A stretch of 64,000 nt of DNA from Candidatus Dormiibacterota bacterium (lineage in GTDB: Bacteria; Chloroflexota; Dormibacteria; Aeolococcales; Aeolococcaceae): assembly GCA_963777445.1 (NCBI GenBank), contig CAVZQR010000011.1, positions 3,697 through 67,696 on the forward strand, given 5' to 3'. Shown piece by piece: positions 19,436 through 28,591 of the stretch (position 1 is the stretch's first letter; each line of letters starts with the position of its first letter). Below the pieces are notes generated by a model that saw only the letters and a program-made list of their open reading frames with translations, was not told the DNA's origin and did no database searches. The position numbers were made by a program, and so were the translations under genes.

Positions 19436-20836
19436 TCAGGCGCCGAGCCTGACACCGGCACCGGCGAGTTGAGCCGTCGTGGGCTCCGCGCAGCAGAACC
19501 AGGGCTCGCTCAGCCGAGGCGGGGCGTCCCGTTCCGGCGGCAGCGCGCTGCCGGCGTCCGGCCAGGGGAGCCCCGCGGCGGCAGCCGCGACGGCGGTGAT
19601 CCCGCGGATCGCCGCGTGCGTGGACCGCGGCGCCACCCCTGCATCCGCATCCGCCGCGACCAGTTCCGCGATCTCCGCCTGGAGCGCGTCCATCGCCGCA
19701 TCGGGATGCTGCCAGAGATGGCTGAAACCTGCGGGATCGTAGCCGCGCAGGTGCTCGCGCATCTCCGGCAAGCTCAGGAGCAGCGAGCCCGGTGGCACCA
19801 GCAGGCGGATGCTCAACTGGACGGGGTCGACGCTGTCGATGAGATCGTTGGCGGCGATCATGTCGAGCAGGTCGAGCTGGTCGCCGAGCGTGCTCCAGGG
19901 CGTGAACGGCAGGAGGGAGGGCCGCAGCTCGACCCCCAGCGAGCGGCAGATGCGGAGTGCGGTGAGGACGTCGTCAGCCGAGTGTCCCTTGGCGAGGAGC
20001 TCGAGCACACGGGGGCTGGTGGACTCCACGGCCGAAACGATGAAGAGCAGGCCAAGCTCGCGCAGCTGGGCGATCACCTCTGGGTGCTCGAGGATGTGCT
20101 CCACCTTGGTCGTGATGTCGAAGGTGAGCTCCGGGCAGCGCTCGTGCACCGCGCGGACGACAGCGGTTGCGTGCGGCACGGCATTCAGAAAGTCCGGATC
20201 CCCGAAGGTGAGGTGGCGCATGCCCTCTTCCCAGAGCCGGACCACGTCGTCCACGAGTACCTCCCGCTGCCAGACGCGAATCCGACCGTCGTACACCGCG
20301 GGGACCGGGCAGTGACGGCAGCGGTGCACGCAGCCGCGCGTCGCCTCCACATAGCCCGTCAGCCGCTCCTCGCCGTCGACACGGAGCCGGGTATAGCGAT
20401 CGAGTGGCGGCAGCAGGTCGCGAGCGGGCAGGAGGAAGCGAAGCCGGTCGAGCACGACCGCCCGCGAGCCGGCGGCGCCGTTGGCGATGGCGACCAGCGC
20501 CTGCTCGTACTCACCCCCAACGAACGCATCGACGAGGCCAGCTTCGAGCGTCGGACCGCAGAGTGGAGCGTAGAGGCCGAAGAGCACGATGCGCACGTGC
20601 CCCCCGCGACGGGCGCGGATAGCCTGCGCCGCGGGAACGGCCATGCGCATCGCGGTGTGCATGGGGACCGCGATCGCCACCAGGTCGGGGGCGTCGAGAT
20701 CGGCCTCGCCGATGGTCTGGACAGAGAGGTCGACCGCGCGGACGTCATGACCCGACGCGCGCAGAAAGGCCGCGGCCGACGCGACGTGAAGTGGCTGATG
20801 GCCGAGCTCGTAGCACGAGACCAGGAGAACCCTCAC
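19436..20836 (-). CDS. CUAEP/CCAEP-tail radical SAM protein (Cys form)
   Basis: LVSCYELGHQP N-terminus, RGCVHRCRHC (CxxxCxxC), C-terminal PRLSEPWFCCAEP encoded by TGC TGC. Confidence 0.85.
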   Translation of the reverse strand: MRVLLVSCYELGHQPLHVASAAAFLRASGHDVRAVDLSVQTIGEADLDAPDLVAIAVPMHTAMRMAVPAAQAIRARRGGHVRIVLFGLYAPLCGPTLEAGLVDAFVGGEYEQALVAIANGAAGSRAVVLDRLRFLLPARDLLPPLDRYTRLRVDGEERLTGYVEATRGCVHRCRHCPVPAVYDGRIRVWQREVLVDDVVRLWEEGMRHLTFGDPDFLNAVPHATAVVRAVHERCPELTFDITTKVEHILEHPEVIAQLRELGLLFIVSAVESTSPRVLELLAKGHSADDVLTALRICRSLGVELRPSLLPFTPWSTLGDQLDLLDMIAANDLIDSVDPVQLSIRLLVPPGSLLLSLPEMREHLRGYDPAGFSHLWQHPDAAMDALQAEIAELVAADADAGVAPRSTHAAIRGITAVAAAAAGLPWPDAGSALPPERDAPPRLSEPWFCCAEPTTAQLAGAGVRLGA

Positions 20837-20960
20837 GAGCAGCCGAACAGCACGGCGGCCGGGAGCGGTGGAAATCGCACCGGAGCGGCTATCTCGTGGC
20901 CGCCCGGATAGTGGGGTGATCCATGTGTCGTGGTCATCATGGCACCGGCGACCGAGCCCA

Positions 20961-22433
20961 TCACGGCTGGCCGGACGGGAAACCGTTGCGCACGTAGAAC
21001 AGCAGCTCGCCACTCTGGATCAGGTGGAAGTTCGCGGTGACGTACGCCCGGAGTTGCGCGTCGGGGGGGATGTCCCAGTTGGCGAAGGGCGTACTGGTCA
21101 GCATGTAGTCGGCTTGTTCGACCATGCCGGTCCAGAGGCGCTGCGCACCTGGCGAACCGTATCCGTACGAGAGCGTCGCGCCCTCAGGGTCGATCAGGGC
21201 ATTGCAGGCGGACTTGGTCGACACGAACCGGTTGGTGGTCACCAACTTGGACGGCGCGTCCGAGAGCGTGCATCCTCCTGCGGGAATCACCGCATCGACA
21301 ACCCCGGCGATGTCAGGAGTCGTGGATCCGCTGATCGCGAAGGCCTGATGGGTGAACAGGATCGCCACTGCGAGTGCTGCGATCGCCACGGCAATTCGCT
21401 CCGATCGATGCTCGACGAGACGCCCGACCGAGATCCCGAGGAGCAGGCCCAGAAAGGGCGCCACGAAGGCGGTGTAGTTGGCGAAGTAGTAGGAGGGGCC
21501 GAGTTGAGCGAGCGACGCAAGCACGGTGGCCGCGATCGCGAACCATTCGAGCGTCGTCGGTCGCCGGCGTGGCAGCAGGAACGCGGCAGCCACGAGCATC
21601 ACGATCACGACCGTCGCGATGATCGACGCCGAGGCGTCGCCGAACGCTGAGGTGCCGGTGATATCCCCGAGCCGCACGGGGACCGACACGCGGTTGCCCG
21701 CCGGGATGCTGCTCAGTGGCGTGATGATGACGTCGCGGATGAAGGCTGCGGGCGCCATGAGGAAGAACGGCAACGTCGGGATGCCGAACCCCGCGACGAC
21801 ACCGCCGACGAACGGAATGAACCGATTTCGCAGGTCGGAGAGGCAGAGCACGGCGAGCACGACCACCGGAACGATCGCCGGCGCCTTGACCGTCCCGGCG
21901 ATCCCGAATGCGACGCCACCGGCGAGAACCCGCCGTCGCGAGGCGGCGACGGAATCGCCCTGGAACAACAGCGCCGCCCCAGCGAGGCAGAAGAACGCGA
22001 CGACGGATTCGAGCAGCCCGCTCCGAAGCGCGTACAACTCGGCGGGATACAACGCCATGACGCCGCACGCGACGATCACCGCGACGCGCCCGTGGATGCG
22101 TACCAGCCTGCCCATCAGCAGGACGCTCGCCGCCGAAAGCAGTGGTGTGCACAGACGCAGGAGCGCGAGCGCATCGCGCGTGCCGATCGATTTGGACAGG
22201 AGCGCGAGAGGGCTCGCGAGCAATGGGAATCCCGGCGGCTGGAGCAGGTCGAAGTCGCGGTACGGCATGGCTCCGTTGACGAGCCGGATCGATCCGCCGA
22301 GCCAGGCGGAGATATCGGGTGTGATGCCGAACAGGAATCCGGGACGGGTCAGTTGATAGGACGTGATGACCGCTGCGAGCGCAGCGATCAACCTGATGAT
22401 CACCGTGCTGGTTGGATCGACCGTCCGCTTCAT
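20961..22433 (-). CDS. ArnT/PMT-like (GT-C) membrane glycosyltransferase
   Basis: PYRDFDLLQPPG motif, LLES, many TM segments, soluble C-terminal domain. Confidence 0.7.
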   Translation of the reverse strand: MKRTVDPTSTVIIRLIAALAAVITSYQLTRPGFLFGITPDISAWLGGSIRLVNGAMPYRDFDLLQPPGFPLLASPLALLSKSIGTRDALALLRLCTPLLSAASVLLMGRLVRIHGRVAVIVACGVMALYPAELYALRSGLLESVVAFFCLAGAALLFQGDSVAASRRRVLAGGVAFGIAGTVKAPAIVPVVVLAVLCLSDLRNRFIPFVGGVVAGFGIPTLPFFLMAPAAFIRDVIITPLSSIPAGNRVSVPVRLGDITGTSAFGDASASIIATVVIVMLVAAAFLLPRRRPTTLEWFAIAATVLASLAQLGPSYYFANYTAFVAPFLGLLLGISVGRLVEHRSERIAVAIAALAVAILFTHQAFAISGSTTPDIAGVVDAVIPAGGCTLSDAPSKLVTTNRFVSTKSACNALIDPEGATLSYGYGSPGAQRLWTGMVEQADYMLTSTPFANWDIPPDAQLRAYVTANFHLIQSGELLFYVRNGFPSGQP

Positions 22434-22564
22434 TCGAACCCCAAGCCGGAGGATGGGTGGCCCCGGATTGTGAACCGTAGCGGGTCGGGGATCGAGTGGT
22501 TCTGGAACGTTGGTGCGGTGCCAGTCGCGGGCGCTGGGCCAAGCGGGCGGTCAAACTCGCGGTC

Positions 22565-23098
22565 ATGAGTTTCCAAACAGCGCTTCTGGGTTGGCACGAC
22601 TTCTATTCGATAACTGGGACGGCAACCGCGAGCCTGGTCGGGCTTCTGTTCGTGGGACTCTCGCTCCATCTCAGGGTCGTGGTGACACGTCCCGAGGTGC
22701 AGAGCCTGGCGAGGGTCACCTTGACCGGGTTCGCGGTGACTCTGGTGGTGGCGCTCTTCATGGTCGTTCCGCGCGTCAGCGATCCTTCATCGATTGGGTG
22801 GGATCTCGTCGGGTTGGGCGCGGTCGGCGGCGTGCTGGTCGTCCGAAGCCTGGTGGCCGGGGTTCGGAGCCAGTACCGCACCCTGAGCGTACAGCGTCTC
22901 TTCCTGCGATTCGGGTCGAGCGCGATCGCCATCGTCGGCTTGATCGCCGTCGGGGGCGTCTTCGTGGCGAACGACTATCAGGACGGGTTCGCCTGGCTGT
23001 CCGGGGTCGCCATCTTCCTGCTGCTCACCTCCCTGCGCAACTCGTGGGATCTGCTGGTCAGTGTCGGCGCCGCCATTCAGAGCGCAGCGCGATCCTGA
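22565..23098 (+). CDS. Hypothetical 5-6 TM membrane protein
   Basis: WHDFY..GTATASLVGLLFVGLSL...NSWDLL, a recurrent small membrane-protein pattern. Confidence 0.7.
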   Translation: MSFQTALLGWHDFYSITGTATASLVGLLFVGLSLHLRVVVTRPEVQSLARVTLTGFAVTLVVALFMVVPRVSDPSSIGWDLVGLGAVGGVLVVRSLVAGVRSQYRTLSVQRLFLRFGSSAIAIVGLIAVGGVFVANDYQDGFAWLSGVAIFLLLTSLRNSWDLLVSVGAAIQSAARS

Positions 23099-23190
23099 CG
23101 AGCCGGCCGGCGGCGACGCCGTGCCGGTCGTCGCCGAGGTCGACCGGCTCGTCGCTGGGCTCACCACCGCGTTCGCGCGATGGGGGGAGC

Positions 23191-25242
23191 TTAGCTCCCG
23201 GCGACCAACCCCGCGGAGCTCTCCGGATCCCCTGAGACGTCGGCCCGGCCCGACACCAGGTCGAGCTCATGGCGCGCGAGCAGCCGCAATGCCGCAATCA
23301 GCGGGGTCTCGTCGGTGTGTGGCTCGGCGATATCGAGAGGAACGTCGAGCCGCGCCACGCCGGTGGAACTGTGGCGGACGGTGCCACCGAGGCCGCGCGC
23401 CAGGCGAAGCACATCATCGTTCTCCCACTGGACGTAGCCGCAGAACCTGTGGATACCGTTCTGAAGGGCGATGAGGGCGAGCGCCTCGAGCAACACCGTT
23501 GCGATGCCGCGGTGCTGATACTCATCTATCACGGTGACCGCGGCTTCGGCGCACTCGGGTTCGTCAGCGAGGCGGATGTATCGGGCGATGGCCACGCCCG
23601 GCTGGTCCGGCGCGTCGACATCCCATGCGCCGAGCGCCATGTGATTCGTGTAGTCGATCGTCGTGAGATAGCGCAGCATCGAGTCGCTCAGCGACGCCGG
23701 TGGATTGAAGAAGCGGCGCACCCGCGACTCCGCTGACAGGCGCTCGAATCCCCGGACGATTGCGCCCTTGTCGGCCGTGACGATCGGGCGGATGCGAATC
23801 CGCCTGCCGTCGCGAAGCGCGACTTCCGTTGTGCATGCCGCGATCCGTGGGTCATCGGTGCTGGCAATCCCCGTCACCTCGGGCGGAGCCGGACGCGCGT
23901 GCCGGTTCACCCGCGCGACGCATTCAAGGCGAAGGTGCTCGAGTTGCTCCGAAACGATAACCGGCATCGGCTCAGCACCCTGCAGGCGTCGTGCACTCTC
24001 GGGGAGGTTGTCGATGTCCGTGTTGAGCCTGTCGCGCAGGGTCGCGAGCGACTCACGCTCGACGATCCGCTCACCGGCGATCATCACCGGGACGAGGAGC
24101 GGCTCGCGTTCCGCGATGTCCTCCTCGCGAAGTCCCAGAACATCCCCACCCAGGTGCAGGTTGCGGAAGACCTGCTTGGCGCCGGGGAGGCTGGCCTTCC
24201 CGGCCGACAGCTTGAGCACCGGTCTGCCGGCGTAGGCGACGAGCTTGTAGGCGCTCTCGAGTGACGGGGCGTCAGCCGACACCGCCATCTTCGTGCCGAC
24301 CCCGAATGCGTCAACGGGGGCGCCGCTCTGGACCAGCTCTGCGATGTCGTACTCGTCGAGCCCCCCACTCACAACGATCTGTGCGCTCGGACATCCTGCC
24401 GCATCGAGCTGCCGGCGGACCTGCCGCGCAAGCGCGTCGAGGTCACCGCTGTCCAGGCGCACGGAAAACGCATCGCCGAGGCCTCGTTCCTTGGCGGCGC
24501 GGATGGCTGATTCAACGCCCTGCTCGGTGTCGTACGTGTCGACAAGGAAGGTCGGGTGATCTGGGAAGTCTTCCGCGAACGCGCGGAACGCCTCGTGTTC
24601 ATCCTCGAAGGCTTCGATGTACGAGTGCGCCATGGTGCCCGAGGTCGCGAGCTCATACTGCTGTGCCGCCGCCACGTTGCTCGTCGCCGAGAAGCCCGCG
24701 ATCGCGGACAGCCGTGCAAGTGCCATGGCGGCGTCGGTGCCATGCGTGCGTCGGAAGCCGAAGTCGATCAGCGTCCGGCCGCGACTCGCGAGCCGGCACC
24801 TTGCCGCCTTGCTCGCGATCGCCGACTGGAACGTCACCTGGTTGAGCAGGTAGGTTTCGACCACCTGGGCTTCGGCGATTGGCGCCGTCACCTCAAGCAG
24901 CGGCTCGTTCTCGAACACGATTCGCCCTTCCGGCACCGCCCAGACGTCACCGGTGAACCGCAGACGTGCGAGGGCGCGCCGGTCGGCAGGCGTCAGGCCC
25001 GCAACCCCGGCCAGGTATATGCGCGCAGCCCGATCGGCACCGAACCCGCTGAGAAAGGTGAGGCAGTCCTCCAGGCCCGCGGCGACCAGAAAGCCTCGCC
25101 CCGGCGGCAACCGGCGCACGAACAGGCTGAACGTTGCCATGCCGTCCATGCCTCGGCGGAGGTAGCTCGCGGCCATTCGCAGCTCGTACGAGTCGGTGAG
25201 CAACAGCCCGCCGACTCTCTTCAAAGGCATTGCAGCGTTCAT
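23191..25242 (-). CDS. pncB: Nicotinate phosphoribosyltransferase fused to C-terminal GNAT acetyltransferase
   Basis: LLTDSY, DFGFRR, TSNV, GTMAHS, LVDTYD, VRLDSGD, SGGLDE, FGVGT, YKL; then LRDGRRIRIRPI...[11 protein letters not shown]...AEAAVTVIDEYQHRGIAT. Confidence 0.88.
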   Translation of the reverse strand: MNAAMPLKRVGGLLLTDSYELRMAASYLRRGMDGMATFSLFVRRLPPGRGFLVAAGLEDCLTFLSGFGADRAARIYLAGVAGLTPADRRALARLRFTGDVWAVPEGRIVFENEPLLEVTAPIAEAQVVETYLLNQVTFQSAIASKAARCRLASRGRTLIDFGFRRTHGTDAAMALARLSAIAGFSATSNVAAAQQYELATSGTMAHSYIEAFEDEHEAFRAFAEDFPDHPTFLVDTYDTEQGVESAIRAAKERGLGDAFSVRLDSGDLDALARQVRRQLDAAGCPSAQIVVSGGLDEYDIAELVQSGAPVDAFGVGTKMAVSADAPSLESAYKLVAYAGRPVLKLSAGKASLPGAKQVFRNLHLGGDVLGLREEDIAEREPLLVPVMIAGERIVERESLATLRDRLNTDIDNLPESARRLQGAEPMPVIVSEQLEHLRLECVARVNRHARPAPPEVTGIASTDDPRIAACTTEVALRDGRRIRIRPIVTADKGAIVRGFERLSAESRVRRFFNPPASLSDSMLRYLTTIDYTNHMALGAWDVDAPDQPGVAIARYIRLADEPECAEAAVTVIDEYQHRGIATVLLEALALIALQNGIHRFCGYVQWENDDVLRLARGLGGTVRHSSTGVARLDVPLDIAEPHTDETPLIAALRLLARHELDLVSGRADVSGDPESSAGLVAGS

Positions 25243-25292
25243 CCCACTTGGTCGTGATCGGCGTCGGTCGTCAAAAAGTTAGCCTCGGTATC

Positions 25293-25901
25293 GTGAATGT
25301 AGCCCGAACCCATGACGGCGCAGAGGCGGCGCGGCTGCTGGCGGGCGGAGGCCGGCTGCGCCGGCTCGCCCACGACATGGCGGCCGATCTCCGCGCGACC
25401 AGGATCGCGGCTCCTCACGCCACCCCGCCAGGGCTGGTCCTTGGGCCGCTCGACGCCGATCCAACCAGCATCGCCGACGCCGCCGCGGCGGCAACCATGC
25501 CGGGGCACGTCGACCATGGGATCTGGCTGAGGGTCGATCGCGGCGAGTACTGGAGGCGGTTATTGGACGGCGACGGCCCGTGCGGACCGGTCCTGCCGGC
25601 GGCGTCACGCCTCGCGATCGATGCCGACGGTGCTGTTGCCGGTGTGGTGGTGGTGACCGAGATGCCTGCCACCACGTGGTGGGACGGAGATCCATGGATT
25701 CCGGAGATCTTCGTGGTCTCCAGCTTCCAGGGACGCGGGATTGGCGGCCGGCTCCTCGAGCATGCGGTCGGTTCGTGCGCCCGGGCCGGGAGCGAGCGCC
25801 TCGGACTCACAGTCAGTGAGGGCAATCCCGCCAGGCACCTCTACGAGCGTTTCGGGTTTGAGGCATTTCGATCCACGTGGCTCATCGACCGGAGAGACTG
25901 A
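25293..25901 (+). CDS. GNAT family N-acetyltransferase
   Basis: FVVSSFQGRGIGGRLL (motif A), LTVSEGNPARHLYERFGF. Start uncertain. Confidence 0.75.
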   Translation: MNVARTHDGAEAARLLAGGGRLRRLAHDMAADLRATRIAAPHATPPGLVLGPLDADPTSIADAAAAATMPGHVDHGIWLRVDRGEYWRRLLDGDGPCGPVLPAASRLAIDADGAVAGVVVVTEMPATTWWDGDPWIPEIFVVSSFQGRGIGGRLLEHAVGSCARAGSERLGLTVSEGNPARHLYERFGFEAFRSTWLIDRRD

Positions 25902-25905
25902 GCAC

Positions 25906-27123
25906 GTGACGGAGCGTCAGTTGCCGAAGTGGTCCGAGATCCGGCCGCTGCTGCGTGCGAGACGTGTGCAGCTCAACGCGACCGACCGCCGGCTGGCTCG
26001 GGCGCTCACCATTGCCGACCTGCGCACCGCGGCGCGCCGGCTCGTCCCCCGGGCCGTGTTCGATTACACCGACGGCGCCGCCGATGGTGAGATCAGCCTG
26101 CGTCGCGCCCGGCGGATGTTCCAGACGCTGGAGTTCACACCGTCGGCGCTCCACGATGTGTCCGGCGTTGACACGGCCGCCACCGTTCTGGGCCGCCGCT
26201 GCGCGGCGCCGTTTGCGTTCGCGCCCACCGGCTTCACACGGCTGATGCACCACGAGGGCGAGCGCGCAGTGGCGCGTGTCGCAGAGCGCCACGGCATCCC
26301 GTATGCGCTGTCCACCATGGGGACCACGTCGATCGAGGACGTTGCATCGGCTGCGCCCAGCGCGCGGAAGTGGTTTCAGCTGTATGTGTGGAAGGATCGC
26401 GGGGCCGGCGCGGAGTTGATGATGCGCGCCAGGGCGGCGGGCTTCGAGGCGCTGATGCTCACGGTCGACGTCCCGGTCGCCGGGAATCGGCTGCGTGACG
26501 TACGCAACGGCTTCTCGATTCCGCCGACGCTCACCGTCAAGACGGTGGCCGACATCGCCACGCATCCGGCGTGGTGGGCGAACCTCCTGACCACGAAACC
26601 GCTGACCTTTGCGTCACTCAGCGCCTGGGACCGCACCATCGCCGAGTTGATCGACGAGCTGTTCGATCCGACCATGACCATGGCGGACCTCGAGTGGGTA
26701 CGGTCCTGCTGGGGCGGCCCACTGATCATCAAGGGCATCCAGTCGGTCGGCGACGCACGGCGCATGGCGGATGCGGGTGTCGACGCGATCGTCCTGTCGA
26801 ACCACGGCGGCCGTCAACTTGACCGGGCGCCGGTGCCGTTGAGCCTGGTCCCCGAGGTCGTCGACACCGTCGGGGATCGGACCGAGATCTGGGTGGACAC
26901 GGGAGTCATGAGCGGCGCCGACATCGTGGCGGCTGTCGCCCTCGGCGCTCGGACCGTTCTCGTCGGCCGCGCATACCTCTATGGGCTCATGGCCGGCGGC
27001 GAGCGCGGCGTTGAGCGAGCCACCAGCATCCTCGTGCGCGAGCTGCGCCGGACCATGCAACTCCTCGGAGTGCGCGGCCTGTCAGAGCTTGATCGTCGCC
27101 ACGTCAGTCTCCGGCGGGACTGA
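25906..27123 (+). CDS. FMN-dependent alpha-hydroxy-acid dehydrogenase/oxidase (LldD-like)
   Basis: FDYTDGAA, APTG, WFQLY, LTVD, IKG, LSNHGGRQLD. Confidence 0.9.
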   Translation: MTERQLPKWSEIRPLLRARRVQLNATDRRLARALTIADLRTAARRLVPRAVFDYTDGAADGEISLRRARRMFQTLEFTPSALHDVSGVDTAATVLGRRCAAPFAFAPTGFTRLMHHEGERAVARVAERHGIPYALSTMGTTSIEDVASAAPSARKWFQLYVWKDRGAGAELMMRARAAGFEALMLTVDVPVAGNRLRDVRNGFSIPPTLTVKTVADIATHPAWWANLLTTKPLTFASLSAWDRTIAELIDELFDPTMTMADLEWVRSCWGGPLIIKGIQSVGDARRMADAGVDAIVLSNHGGRQLDRAPVPLSLVPEVVDTVGDRTEIWVDTGVMSGADIVAAVALGARTVLVGRAYLYGLMAGGERGVERATSILVRELRRTMQLLGVRGLSELDRRHVSLRRD

Positions 27124-28090
27124 TCGGACCCGCCTCGGGTGGATCCGGAAGTGCCTCGAGGAAATCCTGGGACGGCACGAAGAACAGGGCGCCGCTGACC
27201 GCCGTTGAGAAGTCGAGGATTCGATCGTAGTTGCCCGGCGGGTCACCGATGAACATGTTGCTGAGCATCCGTTCGGTGATTCGCGGCGTGCTCGCATAGG
27301 CGATGTAGTACGTGCCGAACTCACCGCTTCCGACACGGCCGAACGGCATGTTGTCGCGCAGGATCTTGAGCTCGGTGCCGTCTGAGTCGGTGAGGACGTT
27401 GAGCGCGACGTGGGAGTTGGCCGGCTTCTCGTCGTCCGCAAGCTCGATGTCGGCGAGCTTGGTGCGCCCCACCGCCTTTTCCTGAGCCTCGACCGGGAGC
27501 GCGTTCCATGCATCGAGGTCGTGCAGATACTGCTGCACGATCACGTAACTCCCGCCGGCGAATGCGGGGTCGCCGGCTGCGATGGTCACCGCGTCATAGG
27601 CGGCCTCGCCGCTTGGATTCTCGGTTCCGTCGACGAAGCCGAGAAGGTCGCGCTCGTCGAAATACTTGAAGCCGTGGATCTCCTCGACGACGGTGACCTT
27701 CCCCCGCAGCCGGTTCATGATCTGGCCGGCAAGCTCGAAGCAGAGATCCATCTCCGCCGCACGGATGTGGAAGAGCAGATCGCCCGGAGTGGACACGGCG
27801 CGATGCCTGTCGCCGACGAACTCGGGAAGTGGGTGCAGCTCGGCCGGCCGGCGCCCGCTGAACAACCGGTCCCACGCTGCCGATCCCACCCCGACGACGC
27901 TCGTGAGGCCGCCGTCCGGGATCCGGAAGCCGACCGACCGCTGCAGCCCTGCGCAGTCGGCGAGGAGGTCCCGAGCCACGGGCTCGCCGCCGGGATCGAT
28001 GGTGACGACGAGGAAGATCGCGGTCCCGGTGAGCGGGCTGAGCACCGGCTGCGCGATGGGTCCCCTGCTGGCGTCGGGCGTCGCGGTCAA
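27104..28090 (-). CDS. Dyp-type peroxidase
   Basis: GDLLFHIRA, RDLLGFVDGTENP (GxxDG), SHV, ILRDNMPFG. Start uncertain. Confidence 0.9.
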   Translation of the reverse strand: MTATPDASRGPIAQPVLSPLTGTAIFLVVTIDPGGEPVARDLLADCAGLQRSVGFRIPDGGLTSVVGVGSAAWDRLFSGRRPAELHPLPEFVGDRHRAVSTPGDLLFHIRAAEMDLCFELAGQIMNRLRGKVTVVEEIHGFKYFDERDLLGFVDGTENPSGEAAYDAVTIAAGDPAFAGGSYVIVQQYLHDLDAWNALPVEAQEKAVGRTKLADIELADDEKPANSHVALNVLTDSDGTELKILRDNMPFGRVGSGEFGTYYIAYASTPRITERMLSNMFIGDPPGNYDRILDFSTAVSGALFFVPSQDFLEALPDPPEAGPISPAGD

Positions 28091-28149
28091 GAGTGGTCGC
28101 TCCTCGAGGTTCGAGGCGGGTTGGCGACCCAAATTGTACGTGGGCTCAG

Positions 28150-28176
28150 CTATTAGTCTAATATCTAGGCTAATAG
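28150..28176. promoter_or_regulatory. Probable GntR/YtrA operator
   Basis: AT-rich inverted repeat CTATTAGTCTA-ATATC-TAGGCTAATAG (10/11 match) 25 bp before the gntR start. Confidence 0.7.
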
Positions 28177-28201
28177 ATAAACTACATCGGAGGCCCAGCC
28201 G

Positions 28202-28591
28202 ATGATCGCGTTCCGGCTCAGCTCGACCTCGGGACTCTCCACGTACCTCCAGATCGCGCAGCAGGTGCGGCAGGCACTGCGCCTGGGGACTCTGCAGCCC
28301 GGTGACCAGCTCCCGACCGTGAAGGAGGTCGTGGGCGCCCTGGCGATCAATCCCAACACCGTCCTGAAGGCGTACCGGGTTCTCGAGTCGGAGGGCCTGA
28401 TCCAGGGACGGCCGGGTCAGGGAACCTTCGTCATCCGATCGCTCCCGGGAGCCACATCGCCGAACTACGAGTTGCTGCGTCGCGGTCTCGAGCGCTGGGT
28501 TCGGGAGGCGCTCGGTTCCGGGCTCGACCCCGACGCCCTGGACGCCATGTTCGATGCGGCCCTGCGTTCGGCGCAGGAGGGCGTCGCGTGA
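28202..28591 (+). CDS. GntR (YtrA subfamily) transcriptional regulator
   Basis: YLQIAQQVR..L.PGDQLPTV...INPNTVLKAYRVLE.EGLI..RPGQGTFV; short C-terminus. Confidence 0.9.
   Translation: MIAFRLSSTSGLSTYLQIAQQVRQALRLGTLQPGDQLPTVKEVVGALAINPNTVLKAYRVLESEGLIQGRPGQGTFVIRSLPGATSPNYELLRRGLERWVREALGSGLDPDALDAMFDAALRSAQEGVA

Noticed and set aside
19470-19500. Selenocysteine recoding in the radical SAM tail
   Set aside because: Codons are TGC-TGC; there is no in-frame TGA.
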